37,640 bases of DNA from a virus: IMG/VR virus record IMGVR_UViG_3300021256_000065; one strand, given 5' to 3'. A model generated the notes under the pieces. That model did no database searches and was not told where the DNA came from. It saw only the letters and a program-made list of their open reading frames with translations. The translations under genes were made by a program, and so were the position numbers. Below, one piece after another: positions 17,413-25,674 of the stretch (position 1 is its first letter; each line of letters begins with the position of its first letter).

Positions 17413-17667
17413 ATGAATATGACAGACATATGGTATTATGAATATCAAGTAAAAACCTGGAATGAGATTGACCACAAAGAAGAAATCTTTTCTGGTGTGG
17501 TTCCTGCTGAATCTATTGTTGAAGCAGTAAAGAGATTGGATGATTACTATGGAACTGATATCATGGAAATTCAGATGTTGAAACCTATTTTTGAAGGTAC
17601 TGTATTTGAATTTCAGTGTGTAATGGAAGATCCAGAATTTGATTATGTCATTAATAAAAAAGCATAA
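17413..17667 (+). CDS. hypothetical protein (84 aa)
   Basis: ORF with RBS AAAGGAGAAATGAAT. Confidence 0.5.
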   Translation: MNMTDIWYYEYQVKTWNEIDHKEEIFSGVVPAESIVEAVKRLDDYYGTDIMEIQMLKPIFEGTVFEFQCVMEDPEFDYVINKKA

Positions 17668-17680
17668 GGAGGCGGCAATA

Positions 17681-17893
17681 ATGAAATTCCCAGAGTTATT
17701 CTTCTACGCGGAAGCCGAAGGTTTACTTCCAACTCGAGCTGGCAAAATTAATGCAGTTATCAATGACATTAAAAATTATCCTGGTTCTGAAATTGAATTT
17801 TCAGAGTTTGAAAGTATTCTTAATCATTATGGATTAAGATATGAAGATTTAACAGATAGGGAAATCCGCCATATCAATGCTAGTATCCGTTGA
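17681..17893 (+). CDS. hypothetical protein (70 aa)
   Basis: RBS AAGGAGG before the ATG. Confidence 0.45.
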   Translation: MKFPELFFYAEAEGLLPTRAGKINAVINDIKNYPGSEIEFSEFESILNHYGLRYEDLTDREIRHINASIR

Positions 17894-18003
17894 AAATGGC
17901 AACAAAGAGACCGCCGCTTGAAAATCTTAAAAATTTTTGATATAATAAATATGTAAGATAAAGAAAGAACAAATTGAAAAAAGAGAAAAAAGGAGAATTT
18001 ACT

Positions 18004-18408
18004 ATGGAAAACACCACAAAGAAAACTAAGGCTATGTATTTTGCAGAACTTCGCGAGATGGTTGCAGGCTTGGTCGATAGAGAGGATCAGGATGAGCTTC
18101 TTGAGTTTATTGACAAGCAGATCGAGGCTATCGAAAAGCGGAAGGTAGCTGCCGCAAATAGAGCGGAAAAGAAGAAAGCTGAGTCCGATGCTTTGACTGA
18201 TGCTATTCTGGCACAGATCGGAGAAGAACTCATTACTGTGGATGAGATTGTTGTGGCTCTTGATGATGAAGAGGTTACTCGCAACAAGGTCACCGCTCGT
18301 CTTGGTAAGCTGGTAAAGGCTGGCGTTATCACCAAGGAAACCGTAAAGGTTGATGGTAACAAGAGAATGGCCTATAGGCTTGCCGCAGCCGCTGATGATG
18401 AAGAGTAA
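18004..18408 (+). CDS. small protein, winged-helix-like paralog family (4th member)
   Basis: RBS AAAAGGAGAA. FIDKQIEAIEKRK parallels FIDHEIELLNRK in the paralogs. Confidence 0.5.
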   Translation: MENTTKKTKAMYFAELREMVAGLVDREDQDELLEFIDKQIEAIEKRKVAAANRAEKKKAESDALTDAILAQIGEELITVDEIVVALDDEEVTRNKVTARLGKLVKAGVITKETVKVDGNKRMAYRLAAAADDEE

Positions 18409-18485
18409 TTCATCAAAAGTGGTATAATAAAAATAAGGGAAGATAAAACTATCTTCCCTTTTTATTTTGGCATAGGAGGATAAAC

Positions 18486-19271
18486 ATGTTTTGTTTAGAT
18501 TATTATCCTTCTCAAAAGTATCTATAGGACGCGGATGAATTTAAAATTAAATATCGTCCATCTGATCGTACATTAGAAGATTTCTTAAATAAATATATTA
18601 ACAAATCTATCGTGATAGATGTATCAGATTCTTTTGAGTAGGTTGATGCACAGTTATTAAAAGGATTATCTGATAAATATCAAAATGTTAAGATTATTTT
18701 TAATTTTAATAAAAAAGATTATTTATCAAGAGCCGAAAAATATAACATTCCACATTTTTTTATCAATCCAATTACTTCAATAGATCAACTGTGGGGATTG
18801 ATAAAATATAATCCAACTGATATGTATATATGTAGTGAATTAGGTTTTTCATTAGATAAAATTAGTAGGCTGTTACATGAAAATAACATTAAAGTTAGGG
18901 TTTTTCCAAATGTTTGTCAATCAACTTTTTTTTCAGAAATTCCTAGTATAAAAACATTTTTTATTAGACCAGAAGATATTCCCGTATATAGTTAGTATGT
19001 AGATGTTTTTGAATTAGTCACAAATGAAAAAACTCAACGAATTTTATTTAAGATTTATAAACAAAATAAATGGATTGGACAATTAAAAGATATTATTCCT
19101 ACTTTTAAAGATTAGCTTGATAATAAATATTTATTAAAAAATTTTGGAGAACTTAGAAGTAAATGCGGCAAGCGGTGTATGTACACCTTTGGCGGCTGTA
19201 ATATATGCGATAGATTCATAGAAATTGTAAATCTTATTGAAGAAAGTAAAAATGCGTCAGAAAATCAGGAT
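18486..19271 (+). CDS. hypothetical protein with 4 in-frame TAG codons and a C-terminal CGKRC...GGCNIC motif
   Basis: RBS AGGAGG. A single frame of about 260 codons interrupted only by TAG. Ends TGA. Confidence 0.45.
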
Positions 19272-19328
19272 TGATTTTTTTGAAAATTTTTGATATAATA
19301 TGTATATAAAATAAAGAGGAGAAATAAT

Positions 19329-19646
19329 ATGGCTGCAAAAGGAAGTATTTTGAAACAAGAGGTTATGGATAAAATCCTTGCTGCATTCCCTGGAAGTTTT
19401 CTTTATAATGATGGAAAAGAAGTTCGTATTAACGGGCTTGAAAATGGAGTTCCTATTCAAATTAAGGTGACTTTAACAGCTGCTAAAGTTGCGGTTGAAG
19501 GTGGCGATGACACGGCATTACCTGGAGAAAAGGCTGCGGCAACCGCAGATGTAGAGTCTGTAAGAACGAATGAAAAAATTCCTCAGGAGCCAACCGCAGA
19601 AGAAAAAGAGCGATTGACCATGTTGTTAAATAAACTAGGACTATAA
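19329..19646 (+). CDS. hypothetical protein (105 aa)
   Basis: ORF with RBS AAGAGGAGAAA. Confidence 0.5.
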   Translation: MAAKGSILKQEVMDKILAAFPGSFLYNDGKEVRINGLENGVPIQIKVTLTAAKVAVEGGDDTALPGEKAAATADVESVRTNEKIPQEPTAEEKERLTMLLNKLGL

Positions 19647-19656
19647 GGAGAATAAT

Positions 19657-19956
19657 ATGGGAGTAGGAGTGCATCTTTATCAAATGACTTGTTGGGAATC
19701 AGTTGGTCGTTGGCATGTAAATGATGTAAAAAATCTTGGCGGCCGCTCCGCCAAATGGTATACTCCTATGCGTATTCTTAACATTTCTATTGAAGAGTAT
19801 ATTAATCTTTTGTTAAATACTTTTCATGCACAGGGAGTGTATTATTATGCTCCCACAGATTATTTAGCTTTTTATTTTACAAAAGAAAAAGATGCTAAAG
19901 CATTTTGTTCGTATGTTAATAAGATCGCGCGACACAACAACTATTGTTGTGCATAA
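19657..19956 (+). CDS. hypothetical protein (99 aa)
   Basis: ORF with RBS AAGGAGAATAAT. Confidence 0.5.
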   Translation: MGVGVHLYQMTCWESVGRWHVNDVKNLGGRSAKWYTPMRILNISIEEYINLLLNTFHAQGVYYYAPTDYLAFYFTKEKDAKAFCSYVNKIARHNNYCCA

Positions 19957-20131
19957 GTATATACTTTGGAAGTTGAGTGGCGTGCCTCCCCAGTCATGAA
20001 TGGAGTTGAGGACCGGAAGGTGCAATCAGAGTTGAGGCGCTCAATACACTCTGTTTAAAAATACCGAACAAAAGGCTAAAGTAGGGTCTATCAAACCAGG
20101 GCCTTATATAAATCTGTTAGGATAGACATAA

Positions 20132-20202
20132 AGGGCATTAGCTCAGTGGGAGAGCGCGCGTCTTATAAACGCGTGAGGGTAGTTCAATTCTACCATGCCC
20201 TA
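20132..20202 (+). tRNA. tRNA-Ile (anticodon TAT)
   Basis: Cloverleaf AGGGCAT/ATGCCCT. Anticodon loop CTTATAA. Confidence 0.7.
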
Positions 20203-20294
20203 TTATCTGGTTTAAAGAATTTCTTTTTGATTTTTTTAAAAAAATATTATATAATATTTATATGATAAAGATAGAAAAAGAAAGGAAATTGCAT

Positions 20295-21209
20295 ATGACA
20301 GAGATTATGATTGATGCACTTGATCTTGATGAAGATATGGAATTTGATCAAGAGAATGAAACAATTATAGAACAGCCTGATGCGGTTGTTACAAGTCCTG
20401 TAAAAATGTATTTACGAGAAATCGGCAAATATAATCTTCTGTCAAGAGAAGAAGAAATAGAACTAGCGGAAGCCGCCCTTAAAGGCGATAAGGAAGCGAA
20501 AGAAGCCCTTATCAATCACAATTTACGTTTGGTGGTTTCTGTTGCTAAACGCTATATGGGGCGAGGACTTACTCTTCTTGACCTGATTCAGGAAGGAAAT
20601 GTAGGTTTAATTAAGGCAGTTGATAAGTATGATGTGTCTAAGGGTTTTAAATTCTCTACATATGCTACCTATTGGATTAAGCAGGCAATTTCTCGTGCAG
20701 TAATGGATCAGACTAGAAATATTCGTATTCCTGCCCATATCATTGAGATGATGAGTAATATTAAAAAGACTGAACGTGAATTTCAGCAGATTCATGGGCG
20801 TGAGCCTAAAGAAGCTGAAGTTGCGGCTGCTCTTGATATTGAAGTTAAAAAAGTTAAGGAAGTATATGCCTGGATGAAGGATACTACTTCTCTTGATATT
20901 ATAGTCGGCGATGATGAAGATATTACGGTTGGCTCTTTTATTGAAGATGAGTCTGCAGTTCCTGCTTTTGCGGCAATCGAAGAAAATGATCGCACTATCG
21001 CGATTAAAAATATCCTTGATACTTTGAATGATCGTGAAAAAATGGTTATTGTACGGCGGTTTGGTATTGGTCTTGATAGAGCCGAAACTCTTGATGAGAT
21101 TGGTAAGGAACTTGGACTTAGCAGAGAGCGCATTCGTCAGATTGAAGCAGCTGCGCTTAGAAAGTTGCGGAATCCTCGTCGTGCTAATCTGCTTAAAGAA
21201 TTTTTCTAA
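20295..21209 (+). CDS. RNA polymerase sigma-70 family factor (RpoD-like regions 1.2 to 4)
   Basis: YLREIG (1.2). [18 protein letters not shown] and [12 protein letters not shown] (region 2). A region-4 [30 protein letters not shown]. Confidence 0.85.
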   Translation: MTEIMIDALDLDEDMEFDQENETIIEQPDAVVTSPVKMYLREIGKYNLLSREEEIELAEAALKGDKEAKEALINHNLRLVVSVAKRYMGRGLTLLDLIQEGNVGLIKAVDKYDVSKGFKFSTYATYWIKQAISRAVMDQTRNIRIPAHIIEMMSNIKKTEREFQQIHGREPKEAEVAAALDIEVKKVKEVYAWMKDTTSLDIIVGDDEDITVGSFIEDESAVPAFAAIEENDRTIAIKNILDTLNDREKMVIVRRFGIGLDRAETLDEIGKELGLSRERIRQIEAAALRKLRNPRRANLLKEFF

Positions 21210-21301
21210 AATTTTTTTGGGCAGGGTTGTTTAAAAAAATCTACATAATTTTTAATAAAAATAGACTTCCAGGGAAGCTTATTGATTTTCTTATAAAATT
21301 T

Positions 21302-21335
21302 TGATATAATATATATGTAAGATAAAGAGAGAAGA
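21302..21335 (+). promoter_or_regulatory. extended -10 promoter (TGaTATAAT) plus ATGTAAGATAAAG leader, upstream of the tRNA cluster
   Basis: TTTTGATATAATATATATGTAAGATAAAGAG. Confidence 0.45.
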
Positions 21336-21436
21336 AAATAATAGTTCCTTGAAGAAGTCAGAAATTCCTTATGGAGGTTGAGCCAAGCGCCACTCTCTGT
21401 AAGGAAGATTAGAAAATTGATTTTATAAAAAATTTT

Positions 21437-21460
21437 TGATATAATATATATGGAAAATTA
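21437..21460 (+). promoter_or_regulatory. extended -10 promoter (TGaTATAAT)
   Basis: TTTTTGATATAAT. Confidence 0.4.
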
Positions 21461-21639
21461 ATAAAGACAGCAATACTGCAAAATTTCAATTATTCTAGTA
21501 TAAAAATAAATTTAATTGGGTTAAATGAAAATCGTCTTTAAAAAAGACTCCAGAAAGAGCTAAAGTTTATAGTTGTTCTAATTTGGTAAGCTGCCCTGCC
21601 ATGGGAATAGTAGAAAAGGAACTTGCTGTCTTGTAATAA

Positions 21640-21713
21640 TGCCAGATAGTTCAGTCGGTTAGAACGCGTGGCTGTTAACCACGATGTCGGGGGTTCAAGT
21701 CCCTCTCTGGCAG
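21640..21713 (+). tRNA. tRNA-Asn (anticodon GTT)
   Basis: TGCCAGA/TCTGGCA acceptor. Loop CTGTTAA. Confidence 0.75.
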
Positions 21714-21916
21714 TTCTCTCAGAAACGTCTGTATTAGTACGAAGGGGCGATAGAGTGTGCGCACTAGTAGGCGAGGCAGAAGACTGAGTAGGTACACGTG
21801 TGCGGGTTTTGGTGTATATTCCTTTGCAGTGCATCAAGGTTTCCCCGAAATTAAACCAAAATCCTCATGTGTTGGCGCATGTGGGGCTTGAGGTCTGACG
21901 CCAATCAGATCTTATT

Positions 21917-21995
21917 ACTTCGATGGTGGAATGGTAGACACGCTGGTCTTAGGAGCCAGTCCTTTGGGGTGAGGGTTCGAGTCCCTCTCGAAGTA
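21917..21995 (+). tRNA. tRNA-Leu (anticodon TAG), class II
   Basis: Loop CTTAGGA. Long variable arm. T-loop TTCGAGT. Confidence 0.7.
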
Positions 21996-22163
21996 CGTAG
22001 TGAGAGTTCTAAGTCACTTTAAAGAAAGAACAGCGTCGTGTTTTTATAATTTTTAATGCTCGGCTGAATATGTGAAGTAAAAAAATTAAAGAGAGGAAAG
22101 ACTCTTGTTAGATGTTCTTTAGTTGCAACCCTCTCGCTTCCCTAATGCGCATATGGGAAGATT

Positions 22164-22230
22164 TGGAACGAAGTTTTTCAGGTAAAAACACTCGGCAGAG
22201 AGACTGTGGGTTCAAATCCTATCGTTCCAT
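22164..22230 (+). pseudogene. degenerate tRNA-like element with truncated anticodon arm
   Basis: Acceptor TGGAACG/CGTTCCA and canonical GGTTCAAATCC T-loop. Only about 15 nt lie between the D and T arms. Confidence 0.3.
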
Positions 22231-22521
22231 TTTGTCAAAGTCCTTCATGGAGGGCAGACCTAAATTGATATTAATCATGCTTGATAAAGACCGTATTTCA
22301 GCAAAACACCCTTTTCTGAACATAGGAATATTGATAAGGATCGGCTAATAACTGACGGAGTAGATTTAGCAAGTGAGGGAATTTTGTAACTCCAAATATT
22401 AAACTAAAAACCTCATTACGGTCTTGCTTTAATTGAAAATTTTAAAAAAATATATTATAATATATATAGAAAGTTAAAAAGGAGTTGATTTTATGAAAGG
22501 TGATAAACCTCTTAAATATTA

Positions 22522-22594
22522 GCGCCATTAGCTCAGATGGAAGAGCACTTGACTTTTAATCAAGAAATCTCGGGTTCGAGTCCCGAATGGCGCA
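22522..22594 (+). tRNA. tRNA-Lys (anticodon TTT)
   Basis: GCGCCAT/ATGGCGC acceptor. Loop CTTTTAA. Confidence 0.8.
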
Positions 22595-22752
22595 TTTAGT
22601 GTGATCTATCCCTCGATACCACTATCCAAAAAGTGTAAAGCGTAATGGTAGGGAGTCGTCAAAACAGGATTTTAATATTTTTCTGAAGGCAGAGACGAAT
22701 TAAATCTAAACAGGCAGAGAAAAATATATCTTTTATAATAATTTAATAAAGG

Positions 22753-22941
22753 ATGGTGAAAATTATGATATATATTGTTCATTATTTTGATGATAAACAT
22801 AAGCAGCACATGACCTTTGTTAAAACTTATAAAGATGTTGAATTTATAAGAGATCGTTTTGGAAATATCACGGTCGAAACATTAAAAGTAAAAGAGTATC
22901 CATACATAGAATATAAAATGGCAATGGCGATTGAGCAATAG
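22753..22941 (+). CDS. small hypothetical protein (62 aa) inside the tRNA array
   Basis: RBS AAAGGATGG before the ATG. Confidence 0.4.
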   Translation: MVKIMIYIVHYFDDKHKQHMTFVKTYKDVEFIRDRFGNITVETLKVKEYPYIEYKMAMAIEQ

Positions 22942-23090
22942 TGTACATAAAACTCAAAGAGTCCACCACACTGCGGCGGTCGGTAGAGAGAGACCATAGC
23001 AGACTACCTTATGGAAGTCATGATCCGTGAATTTAGGCTATATAAACGTCTGGGGAGCCTACGAAATGGACAAAGCCATTTTTAATTTAA

Positions 23091-23174
23091 GGGTCGGTGG
23101 CAACAGCGGCGACTGCACCTGACTGTAAATCAGGCACACCGGAGACACCGAAGGTTCGAGTCCTTCCCGGCCCA
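23091..23174 (+). tRNA. tRNA-Tyr (anticodon GTA), class II
   Basis: Stem CCTGA/TCAGG with loop CTGTAAA. Long variable arm. Confidence 0.7.
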
Positions 23175-23179
23175 CTTAG

Positions 23180-23253
23180 GCGGCAATAGTGGAGTGGTTT
23201 AACACAGCGGTCTCTAAAACCGCGGATCCTGGGTTCGAATCCCAGTTGCCGTA
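23180..23253 (+). tRNA. amber suppressor tRNA (anticodon CTA, reads UAG)
   Basis: Canonical 74-nt cloverleaf. Acceptor GCGGCAA/TTGCCGT with G1-U72. D-loop AGTGGTTTA. Anticodon stem GCGGT/ACCGC with 7-nt loop CTCTAAA, anticodon at 23214-23216. T-arm CTGGG-TTCGAAT-CCCAG. Discriminator A. Confidence 0.85.
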
Positions 23254-23257
23254 TTAT

Positions 23258-23331
23258 CGCGGGGTAGAGCAGTTCGGTAGCTCGTCAGATTCATATTCTG
23301 AAGGTCGTGGGTTCAAATCCCACCCGCCGCA
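23258..23331 (+). tRNA. tRNA-Met or Ile2 (anticodon CAT)
   Basis: Begins CGCGGGG like an initiator tRNA. Loop TTCATAT. The acceptor 3' strand CCGCCGC needs one bulged nucleotide. Confidence 0.6.
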
Positions 23332-23669
23332 ATTCAAAGCACATATATCCGCGCAGATATATGTTTTGTGCTGAGAAGTTTGTTTTCTACTTTTGTTCTT
23401 AAAATCAAAGAGAGTGACTTTAGGTATTCAAGAAGAATATCTCCGTGCTTCTGGAGACAGCGGTCGTCAATGAGTTCATGTCCTTAATGAGCGATTCCCC
23501 TTCGAGGCGCAAAAAAGTAGAGGGGTTACGAGTCTACTAGCTACTATACTCGTGAGTAGCAAATATGCGGGGGCCACGATACCGTGTGGTGTAAAATCGG
23601 TAGCATACTGAATAATCAATTCAGAGATCTAAAGTAGCGTATTAGCACGGTGGGCGTGTAGCCGCATTT

Positions 23670-23740
23670 GCCTCTATCCGCTAATGGTAGGCGAAGTGAC
23701 CTGTAATCACTCAATCCCCGTTCGAATCGGGGTGGAGGCT
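23670..23740 (+). tRNA. tRNA-Thr (anticodon TGT)
   Basis: GCCTCTA/TGGAGGC acceptor. Loop CCTGTAA, with an unusual C33. Confidence 0.6.
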
Positions 23741-23762
23741 TAAAATCACTTACAGCAAAAAT

Positions 23763-23835
23763 TGTTCAGTAGTCAAAAGGTTAAGACATTAATTTTTAAG
23801 ATTAAGTAATGCTGGTTCGATTCCAGCCTGAGTTG
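23763..23835 (+). tRNA. tRNA-like gene with anticodon TTA (ochre-suppressor-like); functionality doubtful
   Basis: Canonical T-arm GCTGG-TTCGATT-CCAGC. Anticodon stem TTAAT/ATTAA with loop TTTTAAG. Acceptor has a 1-72 U-U mismatch. TAA clearly terminates genes in this window. Confidence 0.35.
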
Positions 23836-23849
23836 AGTGATTTGTTTTT

Positions 23850-23932
23850 GCGGGCGTGGCGTAATAGGTAGGCGCTAAGGTCTTAAAAACCTTTGGATCT
23901 AGTCCGTACGGGTTCAAGTCCCGTCGCCCGTA
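23850..23932 (+). tRNA. tRNA-Leu (anticodon TAA), class II
   Basis: Loop CTTAAAA. Long variable arm. GCGGGCG acceptor. Confidence 0.7.
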
Positions 23933-24108
23933 TTAATAATATATTTGGATGGTTTGGAATCCATCGCCGCACTTTATTATTGGTTGAGTATAAGTGCGAC
24001 ATAACCCAACCAAAGGGCAAATATATATTATATATTAAAAGTTTTGCAAAACTTATTAGAATTGCCCAATAGCAAATTATTAATGGAAGATGGGCATTAA
24101 TTACAATT

Positions 24109-24181
24109 TGATAGGTAGCTCAATTGGTAGAGCGGCGGCGCGTTAAGCCGTGTGTTGGAGATTCGAGTTCTCCCCTATCAA
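24109..24181 (+). tRNA. tRNA with GTT-type anticodon loop GCGTTAA (Asn-like, non-canonical C33)
   Basis: TGATAGG/CCTATCA acceptor. D-arm GCTC-AATTGGTA-GAGC. T-arm GGAGA-TTCGAGT-TCTCC. Confidence 0.5.
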
Positions 24182-24187
24182 CTATAT

Positions 24188-24272
24188 GGTGTAGTACCTC
24201 AGTGGGGAGGAGGCGCGGTCCTGAAAACCGTCGCTCCGAGAGGGGCTGAAGGTTCGAATCCTTCCTGCACCG
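24188..24272 (+). tRNA. tRNA-Ser (anticodon TGA), class II
   Basis: Anticodon arm GCGGT-CCTGAAA-ACCGT resembles the bacterial Ser(UGA) arm. Long variable arm. Confidence 0.6.
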
Positions 24273-24277
24273 CTATT

Positions 24278-24365
24278 GGATGGGTGGCAGAGTTGGTTGA
24301 ATGCGGCACCCTGCTAAGGTGTTAGTCACTTCGGTGGCTCGCGAGTTCGAATCTCGCCTCATCCG
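24278..24365 (+). tRNA. tRNA-Ser (anticodon GCT), class II
   Basis: Loop CTGCTAA. Long variable arm. T-arm GCGAG-TTCGAAT-CTCGC. Confidence 0.65.
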
Positions 24366-24402
24366 CATTTATAATAAAATATAATAGAAAAGGAATATTA
24401 AT

Positions 24403-24942
24403 ATGCAGGATATAAGATTAAAAATTTCCCCGCCTTGGGTAACTTATATTAATAAAATCTAGGCTCTTTTTGATGGAGATTCGCAGATTGATTGTAGTGT
24501 AAATTATAGTAGCAAAAAACCAGAAGTTGTACTTACTTGTAATAATGGTGATAAGGTTAATGCCTTAATGCAAATTCTTCCTAGGGAGGTTCCATTTGGA
24601 AATGTAACTCTTAATGTTGTAATTAATGGAGTTCCAAGCAATAGAGCATTTGTAAATAAAAAGGAGTTGTTTGAAGTTGTTTTTGAAAAGAATCCTGTAT
24701 TTGCATATGCGGTTGCCCCTGCTGAAGAAGGTGTCTTTTGGTTTGATATTGTTTATGTTGTCTTTAAAAATTGTGTTGTGCAATTCTTTAATGATAATTT
24801 AAATGATTGTCATGGTATAATTAGCACTCTTTATCAAAATATTGCGGAAGATATTTTAACAGGTGAAGCTGTTAATGGTGTATATTTTAATACAGATATT
24901 GAACAAGGTAAACTTGGTAAACCTCTTGGAGAGTGGCCATAA
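24403..24942 (+). CDS. hypothetical protein with 1 in-frame TAG, inside the tRNA array
   Basis: RBS AAAAGGAAT before the ATG. The frame is continuous with the ORF at 24568-24942 through the TAG at about 24460. Confidence 0.4.
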
Positions 24943-24961
24943 TTAAGATTTGTTTAATAAT

Positions 24962-25077
24962 AGTGCGGTGGCGGAACAGGTAAACGCATCGAAGGAGCGA
25001 GATGGTTAGGAACATATTATTGCGTGGAAAACCTCATGTAAAAACCATCATGTAAGGTGCAAATCCTTACCCGCACA
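24962..25077 (+). tRNA. tRNA-like structured RNA, paralog 1, with an insert of about 60 nt between the D and T arms
   Basis: Acceptor, D-arm GG-containing loop and T-arm TAAGG-TGCAAAT-CCTTA are shared with 25510-25615. Compensatory acceptor changes (C4-G69 versus U4-A69) support the fold. Confidence 0.45.
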
Positions 25078-25304
25078 ATTAAGGAGTGGTCTGGCAATAC
25101 CTCTATTATCATAGTGCAGATATGCATAAGTAATAACTTCAGATGAGTTATTACAAAAAGGCAGACCTTAGTATACAAAGACTCCAATATGAATATACGA
25201 AAACTCTGATTGGAAGTCAGTCACGGTTGATATATCGTGCAATGAAAACTGGTTTGCTAATGAGCATTAAAGTGCGGTCGAAGGCCAAGACTGCCGCCAG
25301 TCAT

Positions 25305-25394
25305 CGGAACGTAGCTCAATGGTAGAGCTTTGACGGTAAACAACAAGGGGTTCGTCACCTACTTGTGATGCACGTTCGAATCGTGCCGTTCCAA
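25305..25394 (+). tRNA. tRNA-like gene with C1xA72 mismatch and about 18 extra nt; anticodon unresolved
   Basis: Perfect D-arm GCTC-AATGGTA-GAGC and T-arm GCACG-TTCGAAT-CGTGC. Internal stem ACAAG/CTTGT with a 14-nt loop. Confidence 0.4.
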
Positions 25395-25509
25395 CGGCTG
25401 CCGAGAGCAAACGATCCGCTTGCAGGGAAGTTACCATAGAGTAGAGCTTCAGAAGAGTGCGGGATGAGCGGTTGGTGGAAACCTGAACCACCATTATAGA
25501 ATTTAGCAT

Positions 25510-25615
25510 TATGTGGTGGCGGAATAGGTAGACGCAGTGAGCGCCAAGCGGACATTGATTGTAGGGTAAGACCTGAGAGTCTTTGTCATGTAAGGTGCAA
25601 ATCCTTACCCACATA
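25510..25615 (+). tRNA. tRNA-like structured RNA, paralog 2
   Basis: See 24962-25077. Confidence 0.45.
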
Positions 25616-25674
25616 ATAAGCTGTATGGCTTACCATAGGGGGTCATAGCTCAGTTGGGAGAGCGCATCCCTTGC

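Noticed and set aside
21538-21837. ORF 21538-21837 (-)
   Set aside because: Lies over tRNA-Asn. An artefact of the tRNA sequence.
22112-22348. ORF 22112-22348 (+)
   Set aside because: Covers the degenerate tRNA-like element. No RBS.
23189-23374. ORF 23189-23374 (+)
   Set aside because: Spans the tRNA-Sup(CTA) and tRNA-Met genes.
23380-23670. Possible extra tRNA at about 23590-23665 (anticodon-like stem CTGAA/TTCAG, loop TAATCAA)
   Set aside because: No canonical T-loop or acceptor pairing could be built. It may be a structured spacer or a degenerate tRNA. Left uncalled.
25267-25614. ORFs 25267-25614 (-) and 25355-25555 (-)
   Set aside because: Overlap tRNA-like genes. GC-rich tRNA sequence produces open frames.
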